Positions 40,872-51,142 are shown, numbered from the stretch's first letter. The stretch: 64,000 nucleotides of DNA from Polyangiales bacterium (GCA_038231275.1 JBBRLQ010000002.1:544001-608000), one strand, 5' to 3'. The notes: generated by a model from the letters alone, not told the origin. Made by a program: numbers and translations.

Positions 40872-42032
40872 GTGGATAGTCCGCAAAACATCGACGAGTT
40901 CCGAAGATACGTGCGCGCGTTCATCGAGGGGGAGGTCGCGCCCAACGCCGAGCAGTGGACGCGCGAGCGCTCCGTCCCGAGAGCGCTCCACCTCGCAGCC
41001 GGTCGCGCGGGGCTCCTCGGCCTCAAGTATCCCGTCGCATGGGGAGGGCTGAACCGCCCGTACGCGTTCACCCACGTGATGCTCGACGAGTTCGGGCGGT
41101 CCGGCGCGATGGGCTGCCTCCTCAGCCTCGCGCTGCAGTCGGAGTTCTCGACGCCGCACCTGGCGCTCTACGGCGGCGAGTCGCTCCAGCGGCGCTTCCT
41201 CGCACCTGCGATCGCCGGCACCTGCATCCTCGCGATCGCGATGACCGAGCCCGAGGGCGGCTCCGATCTCGGGAGCTTGCGGACGACCGCCACGCCGGTC
41301 GACGGCGGCTACCGCGTCTCCGGACGAAAGTGGATGATCGGCAACGGGTCCTTGGCCGACGCGCTCTGCGTGGTGTGCCGCGCGTCGGATCACGTCGAAG
41401 GACAGCTGCCGCGCGCGACGATGGTCCTCGTCGAGGCGACGACGCCGGGCTTCTCCGTGGTCAAGCAACTCGAGAAGACCGGCCTCCACGCCACGCCGAA
41501 CTGCGAGCTCCTCTTCGACGACTGCTTCGTCCCCGCGGAGAACGTGCTCGGTCGGCCCGGGTTGGCGATTCCGCAAGGGCTCGTCGCGAACGCGTACGAG
41601 CGCGTCGCCCTCGCGATCCTGGCGACCGGCGCGATGCGCGCAGGATGGGAGAGTGCGGTGCGATTTCTAGGGTCACGCGGCGCCGGCGGTCGCGCATTGC
41701 TCGACCGTTCGCCGTGGCGCCATCGCCTCACGCAGGACTATCTCTTGATCGAGGGAGCCGCGCGCATCGTGAAAGACGCCGTCCTCAGCCTCGAGGGCCA
41801 AAAACCCGACCAAGCGCTGGTGCTCATGGCGAAGATCGCCGCGACCGAGGCTTGCCAAGAGGTCCTCCAGCACGCGTCGCAGGCGCACGGCGCGCGCGGG
41901 TTTCTCGCCGAGGAGCACATCGGCCGACTCTGCGCGGACGCGCGGGCGCTCACGATCGGCGGCGGCGCGACCGAGGCGTTGCTCGAGGCGCTCTCACGGA
42001 TCGTGCTGCCGGCCGTGATGCGGTCGGGCTGA
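40872..42032 (+). CDS. Acyl-CoA/acyl-ACP dehydrogenase
   Basis: IAMTEPEGGSD, SGRKWMIGNG, KLEKTG-like motif, FDDCFVPAENVLG, TIGGGATE. Confidence 0.9.
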   Translation: MDSPQNIDEFRRYVRAFIEGEVAPNAEQWTRERSVPRALHLAAGRAGLLGLKYPVAWGGLNRPYAFTHVMLDEFGRSGAMGCLLSLALQSEFSTPHLALYGGESLQRRFLAPAIAGTCILAIAMTEPEGGSDLGSLRTTATPVDGGYRVSGRKWMIGNGSLADALCVVCRASDHVEGQLPRATMVLVEATTPGFSVVKQLEKTGLHATPNCELLFDDCFVPAENVLGRPGLAIPQGLVANAYERVALAILATGAMRAGWESAVRFLGSRGAGGRALLDRSPWRHRLTQDYLLIEGAARIVKDAVLSLEGQKPDQALVLMAKIAATEACQEVLQHASQAHGARGFLAEEHIGRLCADARALTIGGGATEALLEALSRIVLPAVMRSG

Positions 42033-42771
42033 TCGACGCCCCTCCTACGAACTCCGATGCCTCCTTCGCGAGGACGACCCATGACGCCTTCGCGCTCGTG
42101 ACCGTGAGCCACTCCTTCATGAGCCGCCCGTGCCCGGGGTCGAACGCCTGGCCGGTACCCCGCGCAATCAACGCGGCGACGCGCTCCTTGGGGAGCTTCA
42201 CGACGAGCGTGCTCTGCGTGAAGAGGGCGAAGAGCTTCCCGTCGATCTTGAGCCCATTCTTGCCGAACGTCCGACCACCGGCGACCCTCGTGCGCGCTTC
42301 GAAGTCGCGGACGATCGGCGCGAGCTCCGGGTCGGTGCGAAGCGCGTCAAGGAGACCAGCGACCTTGGTCTGCGGCGCCGACGCCGGCTTCCGCTTGCGC
42401 CACCCACCCGCGCGGTTGTTGGCGATGATCTGCCGAAACATCGCGGTCAGACCCGCGGCGTCGGGCTCCTCGCCTTCGCGGATCGCGACGGTGCGGGCGG
42501 TCTTGTTGCCGTGGCCGCCGGTGATGATGCCGCGAGGATCCGGCACGATTCCGCCGTCGTAGAGGAAGACGTTCACGTGGTCCTTTGCGACAAGCAGCGC
42601 GCACACGTTCCCGGCGAGAACGAAGTATGGCTGCCTCGTCCGCTTGATGGTCTCCTGGACCTCCGGATCGGCCGCGTGCACCAGGTCGCGCACCTGCTGA
42701 CAGATCGCCTGCGCCCACTCCGGAAACGCGCGAATGTAGACATCGACTCGGGGATCCTTGACGTACTTCAC
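41950..42771 (-). CDS. DUF1801 domain fused to TfoX-N-like domain
   Basis: DPRVDVYI...VRDLVHAADPEVQETIK; C-terminal FG..GLKIDGKLFA...LVVKLP...GRLMKEW. Confidence 0.7.
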   Translation of the reverse strand: MKYVKDPRVDVYIRAFPEWAQAICQQVRDLVHAADPEVQETIKRTRQPYFVLAGNVCALLVAKDHVNVFLYDGGIVPDPRGIITGGHGNKTARTVAIREGEEPDAAGLTAMFRQIIANNRAGGWRKRKPASAPQTKVAGLLDALRTDPELAPIVRDFEARTRVAGGRTFGKNGLKIDGKLFALFTQSTLVVKLPKERVAALIARGTGQAFDPGHGRLMKEWLTVTSAKASWVVLAKEASEFVGGASISPTASRPAARSVRAPRATPRSRRRRS

Positions 42772-42809
42772 CGCCGCATTGTCACCCAACGACGCGTGCT
42801 ACGGCAACG

Positions 42810-43259
42810 TCAACGCGGGGCGCTGCTCTCCAGGATCGTCTTCAGCTTGGCGAGGTCCTTGCGGTTGGCGCGTCGCATCGCGCTCGCCATGAACGGCGCG
42901 ACGAGCTTGCCGAAGCCGCTCGGTTCGCCTCGGTTTCGCAAGGTCATCTTCGTTCGCCCGCCAGGCTGCGCTTCCCAGGTGTACGTCGTCTCCATCGGGA
43001 AGGGCCCCTCCTCGGTGCGCATGACCAAGCGCTCTTCGGGCAGGAGCTCGACGATCTCGTAGGTGTACGCGAGGCGTCGGCCGAGAAAGTGCGCGACGAA
43101 TGCCACGCGCGAACCGGTCGCGAGCTCGGCGGGGGTCTTCCACTCCACCGACTCGATGTTGACGTACCAGCTCGGGGCGTTGTCCGGCTCGCGCGCGAAG
43201 GCCGCGACCTCTGCGGGGGGCCGGTCGATCACGATCTCGGTCAACACGTCGACGGGCAC
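42810..43259 (-). CDS. SRPBCC (polyketide cyclase/dehydrase-like) protein
   Basis: [16 protein letters not shown]...[11 protein letters not shown]...[19 protein letters not shown] before GTG. Confidence 0.88.
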   Translation of the reverse strand: MPVDVLTEIVIDRPPAEVAAFAREPDNAPSWYVNIESVEWKTPAELATGSRVAFVAHFLGRRLAYTYEIVELLPEERLVMRTEEGPFPMETTYTWEAQPGGRTKMTLRNRGEPSGFGKLVAPFMASAMRRANRKDLAKLKTILESSAPR

Positions 43260-43325
43260 GTTCTCTCCTCGCCTTCGAGATGTATCGTCCCCCGTGCAAG
43301 GAGACAATCCGCTGTTTTTGAGACG

Positions 43326-43349
43326 CATTGTCACATCTATGGGACAATG
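43326..43349. promoter_or_regulatory. Putative LysR-type binding site in divergent promoter
   Basis: Inverted repeat CATTGTC-N10-GACAATG; a further GACAAT half-site at about 43303. Confidence 0.55.
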
Positions 43350-43354
43350 AAAGG

Positions 43355-44302
43355 GTGACCAAGATACTCGGCATGCCGACGCTCGCGCGCACGGAGGCGC
43401 GCATCGAGGACATGCGGCTCTTCGCCAAGGTCGCCGAGGCCAAGACGTTCACGGCCGCTGCGCTTCTCCTCGAGATGCCGAAGCAGACGCTGAGCCGCCG
43501 CGTCGCCGAGCTCGAACGCGCGCTCGGCGTCGTGCTCCTTCATCGGACGACGAGGCGCCTCCACCTCACCGAGGCCGGCGCGGCCTACGCGCAGCGGTGC
43601 GCCGAGATCGTGCGCTTGGCCGAAGAGGCCAACCACGCCATCACCGACGACGTGGCGATCCCCAAGGGCGTCTTGCGTGTCACCGCCGATCCGCTGTTCG
43701 GCGAGACCTTCCTCGCGCCGCTCGTCGTCGCGTACGCGAAGCGATGGCCGGCTGTGCACGTCGAGGTGACGCTTACGCCGAGGCGCGTCGACCTGGTGGA
43801 GGAGGGTTTCGACGTCGCGTTTCGAGTCGGTGTGCTGGGCGAGTCCGACCTCTCCGCGAAGAACCTGGGGCCAGCGCGCGTGCGGTATTGCGCGAGCCCC
43901 GGCTATCTGTCGCGACGCGGCGCGCCGAAGACGCCCAAGCAGCTCGCCTCCCACGAGTGCGTCTTGGTGCACGCGGAGGGCGGGACGACGCGGTGGCCGT
44001 TCCGCGGGCCACGTGGCATCGAGCTCGTCTCCGTTACCGGACGCCTGCGCTTCAACAGCTTCGCCATGGGGAGGAGCGCCGTTCTGGGCGGCCTCGGCAT
44101 CGCCATCTTCCCCGAGTTCGCGTGCGAGGACGACGTCCGCCGGAAGCGGCTGGTGCCCGTCCTCGAAGATTGGACGGTGGACGTCGGCGCGGTGTGGCTT
44201 CTCCACCCGGCGGGGCGGTACCTGACCGCGCGCGTCCGCACCTTCGTCGAGCTGGCGCGCGAGCGCCTCGAGCGCGAGCCACCGTGGGCTTCCCACGACT
44301 GA
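43355..44302 (+). CDS. LysR family regulator (CrgA-like); start uncertain
   Basis: [54 protein letters not shown]. Confidence 0.93.
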   Translation: MTKILGMPTLARTEARIEDMRLFAKVAEAKTFTAAALLLEMPKQTLSRRVAELERALGVVLLHRTTRRLHLTEAGAAYAQRCAEIVRLAEEANHAITDDVAIPKGVLRVTADPLFGETFLAPLVVAYAKRWPAVHVEVTLTPRRVDLVEEGFDVAFRVGVLGESDLSAKNLGPARVRYCASPGYLSRRGAPKTPKQLASHECVLVHAEGGTTRWPFRGPRGIELVSVTGRLRFNSFAMGRSAVLGGLGIAIFPEFACEDDVRRKRLVPVLEDWTVDVGAVWLLHPAGRYLTARVRTFVELARERLEREPPWASHD

Positions 44303-44322
44303 GAGCGGGCGTTCGTCGCCGC

Positions 44323-44703
44323 TCAGGTCGCCGTCGCGAGCTTGTCCCAATAGTTGGACTGCCACCCTTTCGCCAGGTGCTCCTTCATGTCCGCCGGAAA
44401 GCCATCGTGGTCGAAGACGACCTTGGTCCCCGCTCCGTCACCCTCCAGCTCGAACCGTACGATCGAGTAGAGCCCCTCCGGCCACGTCTTCGCGCGCCAG
44501 GCCTGCACGACGCGCTTTCCCGGTACCAGCTCCACGTGGCGGCCGGTGATGTGCCCGCCGAACGACGTGAACGGCGCGCCCTCGGTGGAGTCGCCGGTCG
44601 CAGGCGCCCCGGTCACCTCCGCGAAGCGCTTCGCGTCGACGAGGGCTTGGAAAATGCGTGCCGGTGCGGCGCCGAGCGTCACGACCTGATGAATGTTCGA
44701 CAT
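44323..44703 (-). CDS. SRPBCC/AHSA1-like protein
   Basis: IHQVV...FGGHITGR..ELVPGKRVVQAWR...GWQSNYWDKL; AAGGAG RBS. Confidence 0.88.
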   Translation of the reverse strand: MSNIHQVVTLGAAPARIFQALVDAKRFAEVTGAPATGDSTEGAPFTSFGGHITGRHVELVPGKRVVQAWRAKTWPEGLYSIVRFELEGDGAGTKVVFDHDGFPADMKEHLAKGWQSNYWDKLATAT

Positions 44704-44759
44704 GGCGAGATCTCCTTGTGGCGAATCGTTAAACCATTCGGTATAGTGATCCTCACTGC

Positions 44760-45128
44760 ATGTCAACGCGCAACGCCGCTACCCGTCGCGACGAAAAGTT
44801 GGACCTCGTCTTCTCCGCGCTGGGTGACACGACGCGGCGGCACATCCTCGCGCGCCTCGCCCGTGGGCCCCTGTCGATCACGGCGATCGCGGCGCCCTTC
44901 GAGATCACCCTCCCCGCCGTCTCCAAGCACCTCCGCGTCCTCGAGCGCGCGGGACTGCTCCGCCGCGAGCGCGACGGGTGGTACCACCGCTGCCACCTGG
45001 AGACGCGGCCGCTCGAGAGCGCCGTCGCCTTCCTGGCGAAATACAGGCCGTTCTGGGAGGACACGCTCGAGGCGCTCGCGCAGCACGTGGAGGCACCCGT
45101 GAAGAGAGAGGGATCCGATCATGAGTGA
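44760..45128 (+). CDS. ArsR/SmtB family regulator
   Basis: VFSALGDTTRRHIL...AVSKHLRVLERAGL. Confidence 0.92.
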   Translation: MSTRNAATRRDEKLDLVFSALGDTTRRHILARLARGPLSITAIAAPFEITLPAVSKHLRVLERAGLLRRERDGWYHRCHLETRPLESAVAFLAKYRPFWEDTLEALAQHVEAPVKREGSDHE

Positions 45129-45561
45129 AGGCATCACGCTCGTCACGAGACGCACCATTCGCGCGACGGCCGCGCGCCTCTTCGACGCGTGGACACAGCC
45201 CGAGCAGCTCCGCGCGTGGTGGGGCCCGCGACCGGTGACGTGCGCGGGCGCCGAGGTGGATCTGCGCGTCGGCGGTCGCTACCGCATCGCGAACGCGTTG
45301 CCGGACGGGAACACGCTGGTTATCGAAGGCGAGTTCCAGGTCGTCGATGCACCGCACAGGCTCGTCTACACGTGGCGCGCCGGAGATGACCAAGGCTCTC
45401 GCGTGACCGTTCGCTTCGAGCCGCGCGGAGACGCGACCGAGGTGATCGTCGTCCATGAGCAGATTCCGAACGAGCGCGTCCGCGAGTCGCACGAAGGCGG
45501 GTGGAACGGCTGCTTGGAGGGGCTCGAGGCCTTTTTCGACCGCAGCAGCGCCTCGGGTTAG
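45121..45561 (+). CDS. SRPBCC/AHSA1-like protein
   Basis: LFDAWTQPEQL..WWGP, DLRVGGRYR, HEGGWNGCL. Confidence 0.9.
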   Translation: MSEGITLVTRRTIRATAARLFDAWTQPEQLRAWWGPRPVTCAGAEVDLRVGGRYRIANALPDGNTLVIEGEFQVVDAPHRLVYTWRAGDDQGSRVTVRFEPRGDATEVIVVHEQIPNERVRESHEGGWNGCLEGLEAFFDRSSASG

Positions 45562-45724
45562 TCTACGAGGTCGCCCAGTGCGTACCTTCTTCGACGACAT
45601 CCGGGAGATGCGGCATTATGCGGTCACGGACGTCGCGTCGCCGACGCCCTGAGAAACGCCATGGATCCCAGCACGGATGTCCCGACCGTGAAGGGCCAGT
45701 ACTCTCCGCCGAAGTGAACGCGAG

Positions 45725-46657
45725 ATGATCGTCCTCCTGACCGAACGGCTCATCCTCCGCTGGTTTCGTCCCGACGACGCGGCGGTGGCGTTCGAGCTGG
45801 TCAACGATCCCGATTGGATTCGCAACATCGGCGACCGCGGAGTGCGCTCGATCGACGATGCGAGGGCGTGGATCGAGAACCGCGTCTCGGCGTCGTACTT
45901 CGAGCACGGCTTTGGTTCCTGGGCGATGCAGCGGCGCGAAGATGGCGCGCTCCTGGGGACGTGCGGCCTCGTGCGGCGCGCTTCCCTCCCTACGCTCGAC
46001 CTCGGCTACGCTCTCCTGCCCCGCGCGCGCGGGCAAGGCTACGTGCGCGAGGCGGCGACGGCATGCCTCGCGTACGCGCGCGACGTCCTCGAGGAGCCGC
46101 GCGTCTTCGCCATCACCTATCCTTCGAACGTCGCCTCCGTCCGCGCGCTCGAGTCCATCGGGATGCAGCACGAGCAGACCACCATGCTGCCGGGCGAGGC
46201 GCGCGAGAGCGCCGTTTTTTCGTGGACTGGCGCGACGCCGACGACGGGCGATCGGCAGGCCATCGACGCGGTGGCGCGGCGCCTCTTCGCCGCGTTCGAC
46301 AACCGCGGCGGCAAAGTCCCAACCGTCGCCGCACTGCCGGCGCTCTTCGCCCCCGACGCGCGCGTCACGGTGGCCGACGCGCGAGGTGCAACCACGACGA
46401 ACGTGCGCGACTTCCTCCTGCCGCGCGCCGCGTTGCTCGAGTCACGCTTGCGAGAGTTCTCCGAGGACGAAATCGAAGCACGCACCGAGATCACCGGGGC
46501 GATCGCCCAACGCTGGTGCGTCTACGAGAAGGCGGGCATCCTCGACGGCGAACCATTTCGCGCCCGGGGCACGAAGGCGATGCAGCTCGTGAAGATCGCC
46601 GGGCGGTGGAAGCTCGTCGCCCTGGCGTGGCAAGACTATCCGGCGACGGTGGACTGA
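45725..46657 (+). CDS. RimJ/RimL-type GNAT acetyltransferase fused to NTF2/DUF4440-like domain
   Basis: TERLILR, DLGYALLPRARGQGYVRE, NVASVRALE; C-terminal G.KAMQLVK..GRWKLVALAW. Confidence 0.8.
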   Translation: MIVLLTERLILRWFRPDDAAVAFELVNDPDWIRNIGDRGVRSIDDARAWIENRVSASYFEHGFGSWAMQRREDGALLGTCGLVRRASLPTLDLGYALLPRARGQGYVREAATACLAYARDVLEEPRVFAITYPSNVASVRALESIGMQHEQTTMLPGEARESAVFSWTGATPTTGDRQAIDAVARRLFAAFDNRGGKVPTVAALPALFAPDARVTVADARGATTTNVRDFLLPRAALLESRLREFSEDEIEARTEITGAIAQRWCVYEKAGILDGEPFRARGTKAMQLVKIAGRWKLVALAWQDYPATVD

Positions 46658-46689
46658 CGCCGCGCCTCGCCTGCCCTGCCCGTCGTGCG

Positions 46690-47619
46690 TCAGGTGGTCC
46701 CGGCCATGCTCTGCAGCTGCGTCGGCAAGAGCGCGGCGTAGATCGTCTCGTGCACGGGGACGTCCACGCCCAGCTCGCAGGCGATTCGCGACACGGCGCC
46801 GCTGAGCGCCTCGAGCTCCGAGGGACGACCCGCGACGATGTCGCGCTGGAGCGAGGAGGTCGCGTCCTCCGGCAGCGTATCGACGAAGGCTAAGGTCTTG
46901 GCCACCACGTCGGGCGCCACGGCGATCCCCTTCGCGACGGCCACGGCGCGCACTTCTTCGAACGCGTCGGTGAGGAGGCGCCGCGTCTCGGGGAGCCTGC
47001 GCAAGACGCCCGCGGTGGAGCGCGTGACCGCTCCGACCCCTCCGAACGAGGCGATGAAGAGGAGCTTCTCCCAGAGCGCCGCGGGGAAATCATGTGCAAT
47101 CTGCACATTCATGCCCGACGCCTCGAGCGCCGCCACGAGCGGCTCGGTGCGACCGGCGATGGGGGCGCGCCACGCGCCGATCGTCATCGTTGGTGGATTG
47201 CCGACGTGCTTCACCGCGCCAGGCTCTGCGATCCAGCCGATGAGGCGACAGAGCCCGCCAACGACGCGCTCGGGGCCGACCGCCGCGACACATTGGTCGG
47301 GCGCATCGACGCCATTTTGCAGTGGTACGACGAACCCGCCGGGACGAAGCCACGACGCCAGCGGCGCGGCGGCGACCGGCACTTGCCACGTCTTCACCGC
47401 GACGAGAGCCACGTCGACAGGCGAGAGCTCGCCCGTCGACGCCGCAGTCTCCACGCGCGCGTCGAACACGCCGAGCGGGCTGTCGACGCGGAGCCCTCGC
47501 GCCTGAATCGCGTCGAGCGCCGCTCCGCGTGCGACGAGCGCCACCTCGTGCCCCGCCCGCGAGAGCAGCCCGGCGACCAAGCCCCCGACGCCACCCGCAC
47601 CCACGACCCCAATTCGCAT
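46690..47619 (-). CDS. panE: 2-dehydropantoate 2-reductase
   Basis: GAGGVGG, VAVKTWQ, PLQNGV, WEKL, SSLQRDI..GRPSELE. Confidence 0.88.
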   Translation of the reverse strand: MRIGVVGAGGVGGLVAGLLSRAGHEVALVARGAALDAIQARGLRVDSPLGVFDARVETAASTGELSPVDVALVAVKTWQVPVAAAPLASWLRPGGFVVPLQNGVDAPDQCVAAVGPERVVGGLCRLIGWIAEPGAVKHVGNPPTMTIGAWRAPIAGRTEPLVAALEASGMNVQIAHDFPAALWEKLLFIASFGGVGAVTRSTAGVLRRLPETRRLLTDAFEEVRAVAVAKGIAVAPDVVAKTLAFVDTLPEDATSSLQRDIVAGRPSELEALSGAVSRIACELGVDVPVHETIYAALLPTQLQSMAGTT

Positions 47620-47734
47620 GAGACCAGCTTGCCACGAAGCGACGGCGACGGCGTTCGCCCGGTCGCTGTCGCACGTTTCCACGCAATCGTGGAGGGATGC
47701 GCCGCCGCGTGCGATGATGAAGAAGGAGGCGCCG

Positions 47735-48745
47735 ATGCGAGAGCTACCGGGTTGCGTGGTGAGGTCCGCGATCGTGCCCTTCGTCGTGCTGGCGCTCGCG
47801 GGGTGCGGCGGCGATTCGTCGACCGGCACGGCACCGGACTCCGGCGCCAGCTCGAGCGGCACGTCGGGCTCCTCGTCCTCCAGTGGATCGAGCGGGTCCA
47901 GTGGCTCAAGCGGATCGAGCGGCTCCAGCGGGTCGAGCGGCGGCACCGACTCCGGATCCGGAAACGACGCCGGCACCGACGCGGCGCCGATCGATCCTTG
48001 CAGCGGCGCGCTCTTCTGCGAAACGTTCGACGGCTACGGGGGCACGACGGCGATCGCCGACAAACAGAAGTTCGGACCGTGGCACGCGGCGCTCCAGGCC
48101 GGCGCCACCATGGGTCTCGACGGCACGCACACGACCTCAGGGGCGAGCGCGCTCCACGTCCACATCGACAACGCCGCAACCGCAGGCGGACGCCTCTTCG
48201 CGGACGGCGCGCAGCCGATCTTCGCCGGCGCGCCCACGCACGTGTATGGCCGCCTCCGCATGTACATCGACCCGAACGGCACCAGCATCCACTGGACCTT
48301 CTTCGGCGTGAACGGGCCCGCCGATCCGTCGTCCCCTGCCGTCGGACGCAACGCGTCGTACATCCTGAGCTCGCTGCCGAAGGCGAACGTCAACACCTAC
48401 AGCTTCGTCTACGGCCTCTCGTCGACGGCAGCCAACGGCTTTCACGACTGCTCGTCCCAGAGCGCGACGTCGATGCCGTCGACCTGGGCGTGCGTCGCGT
48501 TCGAGCTCGACTCGGTGGCGCGAAAGCTCCGCATGTACCAGGGCGCGTCGAGCACGGCGATCCTGTCCGTCGACGATCACGGCAAGGCCTGCGTGCCCCC
48601 CACGCCGGTTACCGATCCCTGGTACGGACCGACGGTCACGCAGCTCTTCGTCGGCGCGTGGAGCTTCCACGCGATGAACGCGCCGCTCGACGTATGGATC
48701 GACGACGTCGTCGTCGACACGAAGCCAGTCGCCTGCCCGCCCTGA
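47735..48745 (+). CDS. Lipoprotein with Ser/Gly linker and beta-sandwich (Cip1/polysaccharide-lyase-like) domain
   Basis: LAGC lipobox; (SSG)n; FCETFD...YGRLRMY...WACV...VWIDDV. Confidence 0.65.
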   Translation: MRELPGCVVRSAIVPFVVLALAGCGGDSSTGTAPDSGASSSGTSGSSSSSGSSGSSGSSGSSGSSGSSGGTDSGSGNDAGTDAAPIDPCSGALFCETFDGYGGTTAIADKQKFGPWHAALQAGATMGLDGTHTTSGASALHVHIDNAATAGGRLFADGAQPIFAGAPTHVYGRLRMYIDPNGTSIHWTFFGVNGPADPSSPAVGRNASYILSSLPKANVNTYSFVYGLSSTAANGFHDCSSQSATSMPSTWACVAFELDSVARKLRMYQGASSTAILSVDDHGKACVPPTPVTDPWYGPTVTQLFVGAWSFHAMNAPLDVWIDDVVVDTKPVACPP

Positions 48746-48790
48746 CTACGGCGCAACCATTCCCGATACTTACAGAATTTTCGCCGTCCG

Positions 48791-48820
48791 TGTCGATCCC
48801 CATGCGGCTCGCTTGGTCGT
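48791..48820 (+). promoter_or_regulatory. Putative ECF42-type promoter
   Basis: TGTCGATC-N17-GTCGT upstream of tandem YciI gene. Confidence 0.6.
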
Positions 48821-48902
48821 GTACGTGAAGGCGCCGGCAGTTGCTGCTCGGACCATTGGCCTTCTCGTTTTCCTCCCGCTACGAACCGCTCAGGAGTCGA
48901 CC

Positions 48903-49631
48903 ATGCGCTTCATGATCATGCACAAGAACGACGCGAACACCGAAGCAGGCCTCGCGCCCCCGATGGACATCGTTACCAAGATGGGCGCGTTCGTCGGCGC
49001 GCACGCGCAGGCCGGCCGGTTCATCGACGGCGCCGGGCTGGCCGGCAGCAAGACACGCACGCGTCTCACCTTTCGCGAAGGCCGGTCGACCGTGAAGCAC
49101 GGCCCCTACCGCGGCGAGAACGAGCTGCCGGCCGCGACGCTCCTCCTCAAGGTCCGCACGCGCGAGGAGGCCATCGGCTGGGCCGAGCGCTACGGGAAGA
49201 TCTTGGGCGACGGCGAGATCGAGCTCGGGAAGGTCAACGAACCGTGGGACATCGGCCTCATGCCTGCGCCCGAAAATCCGCCGCTCCAGATGCTCCTGAT
49301 CGAAAAAGCGGACGCCGTCACCGAAGCCGGCGGACGCAGCGCAAAGCAGAAGGCCGAGCTCACGCGCCTCAAGACGGAGATGACGAAGGCGGGCGTGCTC
49401 GTCCGCACGATCCCGCTGAAGCCGAGCCGCGACGCCAAGCGCTTGGTCTTCACGAGCGGCGATCTGCGCGTGTTCGACGGGCCGTTCGCGGAGACGAAGG
49501 AGCTGCTGGGTGGATTCTCGGTGATGGAGCTACCGGGAATGGACGACGCGATCGAGCTGTGCCGAACGTACGCGGCGATCCTGGGGGGTACGTTGGAGAT
49601 CGACGTTCGCACGATCGACACGACGGACTGA
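48903..49631 (+). CDS. Tandem two-domain YciI/DGPF protein
   Basis: HGPY in first domain, DGPFAETKELLGGF in second; AGGAG RBS. Confidence 0.88.
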   Translation: MRFMIMHKNDANTEAGLAPPMDIVTKMGAFVGAHAQAGRFIDGAGLAGSKTRTRLTFREGRSTVKHGPYRGENELPAATLLLKVRTREEAIGWAERYGKILGDGEIELGKVNEPWDIGLMPAPENPPLQMLLIEKADAVTEAGGRSAKQKAELTRLKTEMTKAGVLVRTIPLKPSRDAKRLVFTSGDLRVFDGPFAETKELLGGFSVMELPGMDDAIELCRTYAAILGGTLEIDVRTIDTTD

Positions 49632-49642
49632 AGTGGACGCTC

Positions 49643-50284
49643 CTACCCGCGACGCTTCGCTCGAACCGCTTTACGCGCGGGACCCGACGCGACCTTTCCG
49701 TTCGGGTAGATCGTTTCGCCCTTCATCAGCATCGCCACGAAGGTCGCGATCTTCTTCTTCCGCCCGGCCTCGGTCTTCATCCCGAGCGTGCGGAACGTCA
49801 ACGAGAAGCGGTTCTGGGACGTCAGCGTCTCGTACATCGCGAGCGCCTTTGGCTCCGCGCGGACCGCGGCGAGGAGATCTGCGGGCGGCTCCGTCTTCGT
49901 CATGCTGTAGGCCTTTGCCCATCGTCCGTCGGCCTTCGCGGCGGCGACCTGGGCGAGGCCTGGAGGCTTCATCCTTCCGGCCTTGGTCAACCGCGCGACG
50001 TTGGCGACGTTGACCTGGCTCCAAACGCTCTTCTTGCCGCGCGGCGTGTAGCGCTGGAGGAAACTCTGGTCGTCGAAGCCCTTGCGAAGTCCGTCGATCC
50101 ACCCCCAGCAAAGCACCACGTCGATGGCCTCGACGGGCGTGATCGACGCGCGTCCCGAGCGGATCTTGTGGATCTTGATCCAGACCTCGGTCTCCGTGTC
50201 CCAATGCGTGCCGAGCCACGCGGCGAAGCTGCGCTCGTCCTCGAACTCGAAGAGCCTCTTGGGATCGACGCGAAAGGGCGGCAT
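49643..50284 (-). CDS. YdeI/OmpD-associated family protein
   Basis: LCWGWIDG, QRYTPR..KSVWSQVN, AKADGRW. Confidence 0.9.
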   Translation of the reverse strand: MPPFRVDPKRLFEFEDERSFAAWLGTHWDTETEVWIKIHKIRSGRASITPVEAIDVVLCWGWIDGLRKGFDDQSFLQRYTPRGKKSVWSQVNVANVARLTKAGRMKPPGLAQVAAAKADGRWAKAYSMTKTEPPADLLAAVRAEPKALAMYETLTSQNRFSLTFRTLGMKTEAGRKKKIATFVAMLMKGETIYPNGKVASGPARKAVRAKRRG

Positions 50285-50461
50285 CCGGCGATGATAGACC
50301 GCGCCGCCTCCACCGCGCTCGACACGCGCTACTTCGCCTTGGCTTTGCTCCTCGCTCCGTTGCGTTTGGTCCCGCCGTAACCCCGGGATGGTCGAGACTG
50401 CGTCGAGGTCGGCATCGCGCCGACCGTCGGCGTCACGTTTGGACGACGCTTCGCCCGTCCA

Positions 50462-51094
50462 TCAGCACCCCTTGTTGCACTCGAGGTTGCCGCTGCTCGA
50501 TCGGCAGTCGTGACACGTGTCCTTCTTGCAGGCCTGGTTGATCGTCGCAACGTTGCATACGACGCAGAGGCCGAGCGCACAGACCTCCTCGTCGGCGCAG
50601 TCCGCAGCGGTCTTGCACGTGCACCCCGAGGGGCCGCACTGGCCGGCGTTCGAGCAATAGAGCGCGCCGGGGGCACCGGGCGGGCGGCACTCCCAACAGC
50701 TATTTTGATTGCTCGGGCATTTGGAGCAATCGCTCGCGCACAGGCCGTTCTCGACGCACAGCGGCTTGGAGCCACACGACGACAGCGCATCGGGAACGTT
50801 CGCGTCCCCCGTCGCGGCGTCGCCGCTGCTCGAGGCATCGCTGGTGCCACTGGTCCCGCTCGCTCCGCTGCTCCCCCCGCTCGCGCCGCTCGACGCGCCG
50901 GAGCTCGTGGAGCCTGAGCTCACGCCGCTGGCGCCAGAGCTCGCGGAGCCTGAGCTGACGCCGCTGGTGCTCCCGCCTCCGCCTGCGTCGTCCGCGCCGG
51001 TCTGCGCGGTGCCCGTGAGGCCGAGCCCGCAAGCGACGAGCGCCACAGGAAGGACGAGGACCAAGCGCGACTTGACCACCCCCATACCGACCAT
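50462..51094 (-). CDS. Cys-rich lipoprotein with Ser/Gly linker (start uncertain)
   Basis: LVAC lipobox; 20 Cys in C-terminal ~105 aa. Confidence 0.7.
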   Translation of the reverse strand: MVGMGVVKSRLVLVLPVALVACGLGLTGTAQTGADDAGGGGSTSGVSSGSASSGASGVSSGSTSSGASSGASGGSSGASGTSGTSDASSSGDAATGDANVPDALSSCGSKPLCVENGLCASDCSKCPSNQNSCWECRPPGAPGALYCSNAGQCGPSGCTCKTAADCADEEVCALGLCVVCNVATINQACKKDTCHDCRSSSGNLECNKGC

Positions 51095-51142
51095 TGTAGC
51101 AGGACCCGAGAGCGCGTCGCGCGTCCTCGAGACTGCGCTCTC

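Noticed and set aside
45562-45724. Short ORF MDPSTDVPTVKGQYSPPK or ncRNA in the spacer
   Set aside because: No RBS, motif or stable structure that I can support
50329-50415. Small basic ORF MPTSTQSRPSRGYGGTKRNGARSKAKAK
   Set aside because: Too short and no recognisable family; possibly a remnant, not supportable
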